Assembly: GCA_944393235.1 (NCBI GenBank)
Contig: CALXZJ010000001.1
Location: 14,096 to 78,095, forward strand
Origin: an uncultured Alphaproteobacteria bacterium
GTDB lineage: Bacteria > Pseudomonadota > Alphaproteobacteria > RF32 > CAG-239
DNA: 64,000 bases
Direction of reading: 5' to 3'
The position numbers and the translations under genes were made by a program. Positions 28,472 to 37,259 of this stretch are shown here, in pieces. The notes under the pieces were generated by a model. It was not told where the DNA came from and did not search any database. It saw only the letters and a program-made list of their open reading frames with translations. Within the stretch, counting starts at the first letter, position 1. Every line of letters starts with the position of its first letter.

Positions 28472-29349
28472 TATTCTACTTCACACTTATCGGCGTTTAA
28501 CAAAACTTTTCCGCCAATTGGCAAAATAAAGCGGCTTTTTTGATGCCCGTAAGGAAAATATGCCACAATCGGGACATTGGCTTCTGCTGCAAAATCTCGC
28601 AAAATTTCTTCTATTGTTCCATCTCCGGCATCGGCTTCCGCACAATTAACAAACTGCCCGAAAACAATCCCTTTAATTTTGGAAAATCCTGACTGTAACC
28701 TGATTTGCCCGAGCATGCGCTCTATCCTATAAGTTTTTTCACCAATATCTTCAAGCAGCAAAATCTTATCCTCTAAATTCGGAAAATAAGGCGTTCCGCA
28801 CAAACTGCAAAAAACGCTCAAACACCCACCAACCATCACGCCTTCTGCTTGTCCTTTCTTAAGGCATTTGCCGCCTTTAACATATTGCCTTTCACCAAAC
28901 AAAACATGTTTTAACGATTCTTCAAGTTGCGCATCCAACGCTCCATCATTAAAATCATAAACCGGCAAAAAACCTGTGTATGAAACATTACCTGATTTTG
29001 TATAAAGTGCATTTTGCAATGCTGTTGAATCGCTCAAACCAAATACAGGTTTAGGCATTTTCTGAACGGCAGAATAATCGATTTTATCCAAAAGATTCAA
29101 ACTTCCGGCACCGCCGCGCACACAAAACGCCGCCTTAATATCTTCTCTCGTAAAACATTCATTAATATCGGCAGCTCGTTCAACATCTATACCGCCCATA
29201 TTTCGATATGTTGAAAAAACATGTGGCATAATTTCGGTACAGATTCCTTTATCTGCAAACCATTTTTGAGCCGCTGACAAATCAGTCTTTTTAATTGCTG
29301 ATGATGGAGCGATAAAAGCAACTTTGTCATTTTTTGCAATTAAACTCAT
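28468..29349 (-). CDS. ldcA: LD-carboxypeptidase (muramoyltetrapeptide carboxypeptidase, S66)
   Basis: S66 family sequence. Start trimmed to MSLIAK at 29349 (GAGGAG RBS), which overlaps the mpl stop as ATGA. Confidence 0.8.
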   Translation of the reverse strand: MSLIAKNDKVAFIAPSSAIKKTDLSAAQKWFADKGICTEIMPHVFSTYRNMGGIDVERAADINECFTREDIKAAFCVRGGAGSLNLLDKIDYSAVQKMPKPVFGLSDSTALQNALYTKSGNVSYTGFLPVYDFNDGALDAQLEESLKHVLFGERQYVKGGKCLKKGQAEGVMVGGCLSVFCSLCGTPYFPNLEDKILLLEDIGEKTYRIERMLGQIRLQSGFSKIKGIVFGQFVNCAEADAGDGTIEEILRDFAAEANVPIVAYFPYGHQKSRFILPIGGKVLLNADKCEVEY

Positions 29350-30716
29350 TTTTTCAACTCCTCTAAAATCTGTCGGCAAAAATCAGACAAAGTATTATCT
29401 CTTGCCCCCATAACAACAATTCTATCCTTAGGTTTTGCCAACTCTAACAAACGTGTTTTAATTTCATCTCGAGTTTGATAAAATTCCGCTTTAACACCCA
29501 AAGAAACAGCATAATCAATTAAATCTCTTGAAGAAATATCTTTTTTGACTGTTCCGCCGGCATAATAAATTTCCGGAACAAACAATCTATCATTCGGCGA
29601 CATAGCCTGCGCAAAACTTTGTATAATCTCTTTGCCCATCATACGCATTGGTGAAAATCCGTGCGGTTGAAACATAATCAACAAGCGCCCGTCATAATCA
29701 CGTAAAGCACTCATAGAAGCGGCAACTTTACTCGGATTATGAGCAAAATCATCAATAACCGTCACATTATTTTGGCTGCCGACAACATCAAGCCGACGTT
29801 TTGTTCCGGCAAATTTTTCCAAAACGGCTGCCGCTTCAAATTTATCTATCCCAAAAAACTGACATACTGCCATAGCCGCCAACGCATTAGCCACATTAAA
29901 ACGTCCGGGAATTTTTAACTTAAAAACTTTACCGTCCATTTCATAAACAACCCCGTCAGGCAATGGCTTTATATTATAAGCATACACATCAGCTTGTGGG
30001 TTTATAACTGAAAAAGTAACCACATGCGCATTCTTATTCAAAAACATTTTTGAATTTGGGCAATCTAAATTAACCACAGCACCGCTCATAGCTTTTGATA
30101 CAAAATCGGCAAAAAGCTTTTGCAGTTCCGCAAGACTTTTATGGTCAAGCGCCACATTATTCACCACAGCCACATACGGATTATATTTTTCAATAGAGCC
30201 GTCACTTTCATCGGCTTCTACCACGCAAATATCGCCAGAATTTAAAATAACATTTGGAATTCCCGGTTTGTCGGCATAATTTTTAAGCAAACCGCCGTTA
30301 ATCACCAACGGTTTTTTCCCCAAACTGTCAAGCACAAAACCAACCATGGCCGTAACGGTTGTTTTCCCGCTGGTTCCGCCAACCGCAACGCCGTATTTAT
30401 GCGCATTAAAAATTTCTGCCAACAAATCCGAGCGTTTTTTTATCGGAACATGTTTATCAAGCGCGGCCTTAACATCCGGAATTGAATCTTCCACCGCCGT
30501 TGAAACATACAAACAATCCAAATCCTGGACAATTGCCGACCCGTCTTGCGGATAAATCTTTATACCGATATTTTCCAGTGCATTTTTTTGTTCTGCATCC
30601 TTGCCCTGGTCAAAGCTGCGATCCGACCCGCTAACCTCATAGCCTTCTGCTTTCAACACTTGTGCCAATGCACTCATGCCGCTGCCGGATATGCCGCAAA
30701 AACTGACCTTTTTCAT
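29346..30716 (-). CDS. mpl: UDP-N-acetylmuramate:L-alanyl-gamma-D-glutamyl-meso-diaminopimelate ligase
   Basis: Mur ligase family. N-terminus MKKVSFCGISGSGMSALAQVL is typical of Mpl. GTSGKTT ATP motif. Confidence 0.85.
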   Translation of the reverse strand: MKKVSFCGISGSGMSALAQVLKAEGYEVSGSDRSFDQGKDAEQKNALENIGIKIYPQDGSAIVQDLDCLYVSTAVEDSIPDVKAALDKHVPIKKRSDLLAEIFNAHKYGVAVGGTSGKTTVTAMVGFVLDSLGKKPLVINGGLLKNYADKPGIPNVILNSGDICVVEADESDGSIEKYNPYVAVVNNVALDHKSLAELQKLFADFVSKAMSGAVVNLDCPNSKMFLNKNAHVVTFSVINPQADVYAYNIKPLPDGVVYEMDGKVFKLKIPGRFNVANALAAMAVCQFFGIDKFEAAAVLEKFAGTKRRLDVVGSQNNVTVIDDFAHNPSKVAASMSALRDYDGRLLIMFQPHGFSPMRMMGKEIIQSFAQAMSPNDRLFVPEIYYAGGTVKKDISSRDLIDYAVSLGVKAEFYQTRDEIKTRLLELAKPKDRIVVMGARDNTLSDFCRQILEELKK

Positions 30717-30735
30717 GATAAAGTCCTTTGAATTA

Positions 30736-31557
30736 TTACAGCGCGTTATATAAATCTTCCATTTCTTTCCGACCTGCTGTTAAGTTTTTATAATCAACCA
30801 CAATATATGTTTGATTATTACCGTCAGCAAGCAATGCCAATGTTACACCAACTGTTGCATTTTCAAAAGTAGAATACAAGGTTGCCTCGCCGCTTGCCAG
30901 CTTTTGCAAGAAACCATCGGAGCCTCTGGGCATTTCTTTTTGCACCAGATTAACCTTCGTTGTACCATCTGCTGCAGTTATATTTTCATCAACATTAACC
31001 ACGGCAGGAACATAAAACTCATGTGCATTTCCATACTTTTTTGCCAACAATCTATAATATTTTTCATACTCTTTTAAGCCTTTGGCAGCCGTACTGTCAT
31101 CATCAATAAATTTACCATATGCCTCGATTCGCCACAAAGCATCATCTTCACCGAAACTTATGATAACTTCCCTAAATGCCGAAACCGGATTAGGCAAATT
31201 CGTTGCAATATAAGAATTCGGCAAATCTTTACGCTCAATTGATTGCAAGCGCACATGTAAATACTCTATTTCCTCAACGGTTGCCAACCATTTCAAGCCC
31301 AAAGGCGCCGGTTCGCGAACGATTGGTGCGGCTTTTTCGGTTTCCACTCTCTCTACCCGAAGTTTTTTACGTTCCACTTTCAAAGCCTTAGGTTTACTAT
31401 CCAAAATTTTCCCGGCATCAAACTGCCCGGAGATACTTTCTTGTTCTTGTTTTATCTCTTCAGGCACGATAAGATCACCAAAAAAATCTTCTTGAGCATA
31501 AGCTTGGCTCAAAAAAAGCAAATTTATCAGAAAAACAAAACCAAAAAATTTTCTCAT
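30736..31557 (-). CDS. hypothetical secreted protein
   Basis: AAGGAG RBS. Signal peptide MRKFFGFVFLINLLFLSQAYAQE. No known motif. Confidence 0.5.
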   Translation of the reverse strand: MRKFFGFVFLINLLFLSQAYAQEDFFGDLIVPEEIKQEQESISGQFDAGKILDSKPKALKVERKKLRVERVETEKAAPIVREPAPLGLKWLATVEEIEYLHVRLQSIERKDLPNSYIATNLPNPVSAFREVIISFGEDDALWRIEAYGKFIDDDSTAAKGLKEYEKYYRLLAKKYGNAHEFYVPAVVNVDENITAADGTTKVNLVQKEMPRGSDGFLQKLASGEATLYSTFENATVGVTLALLADGNNQTYIVVDYKNLTAGRKEMEDLYNAL

Positions 31558-31661
31558 AAAAATCTCCTTGTATCTTAAAGAAAAAAATTGAACAGTGTTC
31601 ATTTTTATTATAATGTAAGTTATAATACATAAAATTTGTTAATTTAGATATAAGATTTGAC

Positions 31662-32255
31662 ATGAACAAAGACAATATACAAGAAAATCTGGTTAATAAA
31701 GGCCGTGAGCTCATCAAAGAAAAAGGTGCTGAATTTTTAACAGCCCGGAAACTTTCCGAAGCTTCCGGATATTCTGTTGGCACTATTTATAATCAATTCG
31801 GAAACATGGACAATTTTGTTCTTATCCAAAACTATCTTACACTAGACAATTTATACGCTCGTCTGGCAAAATTACGCGCTTCCGGCACTGCTTATCAGCG
31901 CTTAAACCTTTACACGCAGGAATTTATTGATTTTGTTTTGGAAAATAAAAACTTATGGTTTTTGGTTCATAACTTTCATTTGCATAACAATAACCGGCGT
32001 TTTTCTAAAATATACTTACGCCGTGTGGTGCAGATAACCCAGTTGGTTGAAAGCGCATTTAAAGCACTTTTTCCCGACATTCCGTTGCCGGAACGAATTC
32101 TATCCTTACAGGTTTTGTGGATTTCGCTTTTTTCTTTAAGCGCATTTTTAACAACCGACACATTAGACAGCTTCAGCAAAATCAACAAACGTTCCTTGTG
32201 CGAGCTGCTTTTAAACACTTACCTTGCCGGCATGAAAGTTTTGGAAAAGTTATAA
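31662..32255 (+). CDS. TetR/AcrR family transcriptional regulator
   Basis: N-terminal HTH LTARKLSEASGYSVGTIYNQF. Confidence 0.75.
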   Translation: MNKDNIQENLVNKGRELIKEKGAEFLTARKLSEASGYSVGTIYNQFGNMDNFVLIQNYLTLDNLYARLAKLRASGTAYQRLNLYTQEFIDFVLENKNLWFLVHNFHLHNNNRRFSKIYLRRVVQITQLVESAFKALFPDIPLPERILSLQVLWISLFSLSAFLTTDTLDSFSKINKRSLCELLLNTYLAGMKVLEKL

Positions 32256-32271
32256 TTTCAACGGAGATGAC

Positions 32272-32829
32272 ATGGATTTTGCCAGATTATTTTTTCATAA
32301 AATTGGTTTATTCCTGAGCAGTCCGGAAACTTTAAGCATGGCGGTCAATAACCGCTTTTTGCTGATACTGCTGGTTATCGTTTTGCTAAAAATGAAATAC
32401 GCCACTTATTCCAGCATGTGGATAAGCGCTCTGATTAATATTCCCGGAACAATATTGCACGAAAGCATGCACTTCATTGTCGGCCTCCTTTTAAATGCCT
32501 ATCCCACAAGTTTTGACTTAATTCCCCGCAAAGATGGCTTCGGCAACTATGTTATGGGCAGTGTCGGTTTCCGCAATGTAACTTTTTATAATGCCCTGCC
32601 TGCAGCTTTGGCGCCCTTGTTCTTACTGCCAATAGGCTATTATTTCAACCATTGGTATTTCAACAACATAGACATCACACTCGGCAACTATTTATTATAT
32701 ATTTTATTACAAACCGTCATTATTGAAAATGCCGTCCCTTCCATGACCGATTTCAAGGTTGGTTTTTCATATCCCGCCGGAGTTGTTTTATATGCAGCAG
32801 TCTTCGTTTTGGCGGTAATATTCATATAA
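32272..32829 (+). CDS. membrane protein with HExxH motif (putative metallopeptidase), paralog 2
   Basis: ILHESMHFIVGLLL in a TM helix. Architecture similar to 27809..28471. GGAG RBS. Confidence 0.5.
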   Translation: MDFARLFFHKIGLFLSSPETLSMAVNNRFLLILLVIVLLKMKYATYSSMWISALINIPGTILHESMHFIVGLLLNAYPTSFDLIPRKDGFGNYVMGSVGFRNVTFYNALPAALAPLFLLPIGYYFNHWYFNNIDITLGNYLLYILLQTVIIENAVPSMTDFKVGFSYPAGVVLYAAVFVLAVIFI

Positions 32830-32838
32830 GGATAAAAA

Positions 32839-33420
32839 ATGCAAATTTTATGGAAACTTTTTACCTCGTTTTTCAAAACCGGTTTATTTACTTTCGGCGG
32901 CGGCTATGCCATGCTGCCGCTTTTAAAAGCCGAAGTGGTTGAAAAACAAAAATGGGCAACCGAAGACGAACTGTTGGATTACTTTTCCATTGGTCAATGC
33001 ACGCCGGGAATTATCGCCGTCAATGTTTCCACTTTTTGCGGTTATAAGCTCAAAGGCGTCATTGGTGCCATCACCGCCACCACCGCTATTATTTTACCTT
33101 CTTTGATTATTATTACCTTAATTGCCGCCGTGCTGGAAAAATATATGCATCTGCCGGCAGTTGCCAGCGCTTTTGCCGGAATACGCTTGGGCGTAACCGC
33201 CCTGCTCGTCAATCTGATTTTTGATATGGGCAAAAAGATTTTTACAAAAAATCCGCATTGGCGTTTACATGCCGCCATTTTCAGCATTGCCTTTGCCTTG
33301 CTGATGTTCGGCGATGTTTCCGCTGTTCTGATTGTGATTATGGCGGCGGTTTTCGGATTTGTCCCAAATTTGTTCGGTAAAAACAAAATCCCTTTTATCA
33401 AAAGAGGCAATAAAAAATGA
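32839..33420 (+). CDS. chrA: chromate transporter family protein (CHR, short form, N-terminal-type half)
   Basis: FTFGGGYAMLPLL CHR family motif. AAGGA RBS. Confidence 0.8.
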   Translation: MQILWKLFTSFFKTGLFTFGGGYAMLPLLKAEVVEKQKWATEDELLDYFSIGQCTPGIIAVNVSTFCGYKLKGVIGAITATTAIILPSLIIITLIAAVLEKYMHLPAVASAFAGIRLGVTALLVNLIFDMGKKIFTKNPHWRLHAAIFSIAFALLMFGDVSAVLIVIMAAVFGFVPNLFGKNKIPFIKRGNKK

Positions 33421-33935
33421 TTTACTGGCTTTTGTTTTATGAATTTTTCAAAATCGGATTGTTTGCCATTGGCGGCGGCGCGGTCACCATTCCTTTTTTG
33501 TTTGATTTGGGTGAAAAATACCATTGGTTTACCACCGAACAGTTGGTTAACATGATTGCCGTTTCAGAATCAACCCCCGGTCCGATGGGCGTGAATATGG
33601 CAACTTTTACCGGCTACCAGACCGCCGGTATTTTAGGCGGCGTTATTGCCACCTTTGGACTAACGTTGCCTTCCGTCATCATTATTATCTTAATTGCCAA
33701 GCTGCTAAACCGTTTTGCTGATAATACTTATGTACAAACCTTACTTGCCTCAATCCGCCCCGGGGTTTTGGCTTTAATTATCTTTGCCGGTTGGCAAATT
33801 GCCCGCATCAGCATCACTGACTGGCTTTCCGCCGCCATTTTCACCGGCATTTTAATTGCCAGCCGCTTTTTCAAATCAAGCCCGATTTTTTATATTCTTT
33901 TGTCGGCAATTGTTGGTATTGTCTTGCAATTATAG
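33417..33935 (+). CDS. chrA: chromate transporter family protein (CHR, short form, C-terminal-type half)
   Basis: FAIGGGAVTIPFL CHR motif. ATGA start/stop overlap with the upstream half. Confidence 0.8.
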   Translation: MIYWLLFYEFFKIGLFAIGGGAVTIPFLFDLGEKYHWFTTEQLVNMIAVSESTPGPMGVNMATFTGYQTAGILGGVIATFGLTLPSVIIIILIAKLLNRFADNTYVQTLLASIRPGVLALIIFAGWQIARISITDWLSAAIFTGILIASRFFKSSPIFYILLSAIVGIVLQL

Positions 33936-33971
33936 ACTTTATGCATATAAATAAAGAGTAAGGAGATAAAC

Positions 33972-34988
33972 ATGAAAGATACGGATACGATTTATGATGT
34001 TGTCGGCATCGGCAACGCAATGGTTGATGTTTTAGCCAAAGTCGGCGACGGCTTTTTAACCGAAAGAAACTTGCATAAAGGCGGCATGACCTTGCTTGAC
34101 GCCGCCACAGCCGGTAAAATCTACCAAGACATTGTTCCCGAGCGTGAAGTTTCCGGTGGCTCAGCAGCCAACACTGTTGCCGGTATGGCTTCGTTAGGAG
34201 CGGATTGCGCCTTTATCGGCAAAGTCCACGATGACGAACTCGGGCAAAATTTTCGCCGCGATGTCGGCGCCGCCGGCATAGATTTTTTCACCCCGCCTTT
34301 GTTAGAAGGTCCTGCCACCGGACGCAGCATCGTTTTGGTCACGCCTGATGCCGAACGCTCCATGTTCACCTACTTGGGCGCCGCCACGCGTCTGACCGCC
34401 GATGACATAGATGAAAACATCATTAAAGCGTCAAAATACGTTTATCTGGAAGGATATCTTTGGGATGAAGACAGCTCTAAAGAAGCGGTTTTAAAAGCTT
34501 GCGAAATTGCACATAAACATAACCGCAAAGTTGCTTTTACGCTTTCCGACAAAGGCTGCATTGCTCGCCATCAACCTTCCATATTAGATTTAATCAAAGA
34601 CCATGTAGATATTTTGTTTGCCAATGAAAAAGAAATCAAAATCCTGTTTAACAGCGATGATTTTATGGCTACTCTTGACCTAGTTAAGCCGATGGTCGAA
34701 ATTGCCGCCGTCACCCGCGACGCCCGCGGTTCGGTAATTGTTAACGGTCGAGTTAAAATCTTTGTGGAAGCCGAAAAAATTGACAATGTGGTGGATTCCA
34801 CCGGCGCCGGCGATATGTACGCCGCCGGATTTTTATACGGCATGAACACCGAGCGCAGCCTTGGCACTTGCGCCATGATCGGCAGCATTGCCGCCTCGGA
34901 AATCATCACGCATTACGGCGCTCGTCCGGAAGTTTCGCTGCGTGGTTTTGTCCGCAACAAGCTTTTGCAATACGGCAAAAAGTTTTAA
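33972..34988 (+). CDS. PfkB family carbohydrate/nucleoside kinase (adenosine kinase-like)
   Basis: GGSAANT and DTTGAGD ribokinase-family motifs. AAGGAG RBS. Confidence 0.8.
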   Translation: MKDTDTIYDVVGIGNAMVDVLAKVGDGFLTERNLHKGGMTLLDAATAGKIYQDIVPEREVSGGSAANTVAGMASLGADCAFIGKVHDDELGQNFRRDVGAAGIDFFTPPLLEGPATGRSIVLVTPDAERSMFTYLGAATRLTADDIDENIIKASKYVYLEGYLWDEDSSKEAVLKACEIAHKHNRKVAFTLSDKGCIARHQPSILDLIKDHVDILFANEKEIKILFNSDDFMATLDLVKPMVEIAAVTRDARGSVIVNGRVKIFVEAEKIDNVVDSTGAGDMYAAGFLYGMNTERSLGTCAMIGSIAASEIITHYGARPEVSLRGFVRNKLLQYGKKF

Positions 34989-35125
34989 TAATAATATCAT
35001 CTGATAAATTTGAAAATTGTAAACTATCTGATAAATTTCAATGGAAGGATGGTTTTATTATTGACGTTTTTAACATTTTATTTTATTGTAAAAAAAGTTA
35101 TTAATTAGTCTAAAATTATTAATAT

Positions 35126-35395
35126 ATGGAATGGATTTTTTTTGGTCTCCTTATTTTATTCTGTCTCCCTCTTTCGTTAAGCAGTTTTATTCCGCGAATA
35201 AAAATTCCTGTTAAAGAAGGAACGGCCGTTTTAGTATATAAAACTGCGGAAGATTATGTTTGGATTTGTGAATACAAGAAAAACGACCAAATTTGTGTTG
35301 CTTTAGTATCTTGCTACAAAAAACACAAAATCGGCGATGAGATTGAGATAAAAGAAAAATCTCAAATAGTCATTTCCGTTTTTCAGGAACTTTAA
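35126..35395 (+). CDS. hypothetical small secreted protein
   Basis: 89-aa ORF with a signal-like N-terminus, followed by a strong terminator. No RBS. Confidence 0.35.
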   Translation: MEWIFFGLLILFCLPLSLSSFIPRIKIPVKEGTAVLVYKTAEDYVWICEYKKNDQICVALVSCYKKHKIGDEIEIKEKSQIVISVFQEL

Positions 35396-35424
35396 AAAAA
35401 GCTGCTTTAAGCAGCTTTTTTTTA
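35394..35424. terminator. bidirectional rho-independent terminator
   Basis: A7-GCTGCTT-t-AAGCAGC-T8. Confidence 0.6.
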
Positions 35425-36087
35425 ATCCAATAGTTCTAAAGTCTTTTTTTGTAATTCCAAAATCCGTGCATAATTTTTCTTATCTTTAGCATAACTATAA
35501 ATATCCAAAAGCCGCGCACAAATCGTCAATGTATTTTTACATTTTTCAAAAACAGACACATTTTCATGCGTAACAAAATTCAGCGCGTGCTCCAAATATT
35601 TAGCCTGCAATTTCAAATCATCCGTATTATTTGCCAACTCTGTAAATGCTTGGCGTTTCATATCATCATCTTGGATTAAAGCCATTTGCTCATGAGTTTT
35701 ACGCCACCCTTGTTCATCTTGTAGTTCACCGTAAATATGAGAAATTTTCTCCAAAACATGATGTTTATCACTAATATTTTTTGTAAATTCCAAAGCGTTT
35801 TGATAATATTCAACAGCATAAAGATAATTATGCGCATCCATATGTTTATGATTTTTTTCTAAAAATATATCTCCAATACTATTATAAGTCCAAAACAAAA
35901 TCTGATTACGCTTAATACTGTCATCAAGTTGACATTGCTTAGAATGAGAACAATAATCAATCACCTCATTATAAGCCAACAACTTATCATCAGCATCGCG
36001 GAAATATTTAGATTTTTCATATGCTGCGCGATAGATTTTCAATAAATCATTTGCACTTTGAAAAGGTCTATCGGTATATTTAAACAT
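35422..36087 (-). CDS. hypothetical protein (TPR-like helical repeats)
   Basis: AAGGA RBS upstream of MFKYTD. Helical-repeat-like composition. Confidence 0.5.
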   Translation of the reverse strand: MFKYTDRPFQSANDLLKIYRAAYEKSKYFRDADDKLLAYNEVIDYCSHSKQCQLDDSIKRNQILFWTYNSIGDIFLEKNHKHMDAHNYLYAVEYYQNALEFTKNISDKHHVLEKISHIYGELQDEQGWRKTHEQMALIQDDDMKRQAFTELANNTDDLKLQAKYLEHALNFVTHENVSVFEKCKNTLTICARLLDIYSYAKDKKNYARILELQKKTLELLD

Positions 36088-36107
36088 TTTATATCCTTGG
36101 CAATTTA

Positions 36108-36383
36108 TTATAGACCACCTGTTTTCAAACAATATTCATGCCTGCATAAATGATACTTCTGAAAAACCGAACACTTTTCACACAAACAGCCACGATCCAA
36201 ATGAATACAATTACTTTTTTCAAAAGCACAAAACATTTTTTCGTAATGCGTTTTATTGGCAAGACTTTCAGTCGGCTGATTAACATTGTTCGGCGCATTT
36301 TTTAATTTACAAACTTGCGAATACGATGGGCAATACATACAAATACATTGAGCAACATTTTCTGCCGTTTTTTCAACTTTCAT
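36108..36383 (-). CDS. DUF2769-like cysteine-rich small protein
   Basis: CICMYCPSY...FCAFEKSNCIHLDRGCLCEKCSV...YC spacing matches the DUF2769 family as I recall it. AAGGAG RBS. Confidence 0.55.
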   Translation of the reverse strand: MKVEKTAENVAQCICMYCPSYSQVCKLKNAPNNVNQPTESLANKTHYEKMFCAFEKSNCIHLDRGCLCEKCSVFQKYHLCRHEYCLKTGGL

Positions 36384-36475
36384 TCATTTTCTCCTTTTAC
36401 CCTTTTCAAAAATAATTCGGATAAAAAGAAAAACAAGCTGTCCCTAACATAAGTCTATGTTTTAAGCAAACTGTT

Positions 36476-36763
36476 TCAAATTCGCTCAAAAACACCATCT
36501 TCAATAGGCGGAAGAAAAAAATTCGTCCTTTCAGGCAAAAAAGCCACATTATCAACTCTTGCCAACAACGGACCATGGTAACAAGAAAGCACCATTTGCT
36601 CAATTTTTTCATCAGCGCCGCGCATAAAAATTTCTACACTTCCATCTTCGGCATTACGCACCCAACCGGAAATATCCCCGATTTTTTGAGCCTGGCGTTC
36701 CGTCCATCGACGAAAACCAACACCTTGCACTCTACCACTGATTTTAAGATAAATTTCTCTCAT
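36476..36763 (-). CDS. acyP: acylphosphatase
   Basis: VxGxVQGVGFR and GWVRN motifs. Confidence 0.85.
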   Translation of the reverse strand: MREIYLKISGRVQGVGFRRWTERQAQKIGDISGWVRNAEDGSVEIFMRGADEKIEQMVLSCYHGPLLARVDNVAFLPERTNFFLPPIEDGVFERI

Positions 36764-37257
36764 TGCCTCAAATATTTCTCTACAGCAACAATACTTTTCT
36801 TCAAATTATCGCGCCGTTTTTCTGCTTCCGGAACTTTTCCCCATTTTTGCGCCTGATACAATTCTTCCAACTCAGACATTTCAAAAGCCTGCTCTGCATT
36901 AATAAAACCTTTTACCAATGCCAAAGCCAGCAGAACTGAGCGCATATTTAATGCTGCAATATAAAACGCTGCCAGCTCTTTATCTGAAAATTGATGAATA
37001 TATTTACTTAACTCCAGTGCCGATTCGGCATTAATTGCAGGCGTATCAATCCCCGAAGTTGTTTTAAATCGGGCATTAACATTTTCATCAACCCAATGAA
37101 TAACCGGCATCCACTTTTTCTCCTGCTCATGCCGCAAATCTTCATCGCTGCTCCAAAACAACAAAACATCATTAAGTGAAAATTTAACCAAGCGCTCAAT
37201 TAATTCTTCACGATGCTGACGAATATCTTCTTCAATTTTGGTCCATTCGTAGTTCAT
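36760..37257 (-). CDS. ATP12 family ATP synthase F1 assembly chaperone
   Basis: C-terminal LLALALVKGFINAEQAF matches the ATP12 family core. Common in alphaproteobacteria. Confidence 0.6.
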   Translation of the reverse strand: MNYEWTKIEEDIRQHREELIERLVKFSLNDVLLFWSSDEDLRHEQEKKWMPVIHWVDENVNARFKTTSGIDTPAINAESALELSKYIHQFSDKELAAFYIAALNMRSVLLALALVKGFINAEQAFEMSELEELYQAQKWGKVPEAEKRRDNLKKSIVAVEKYLRQ

Positions 37258-37259
37258 TA

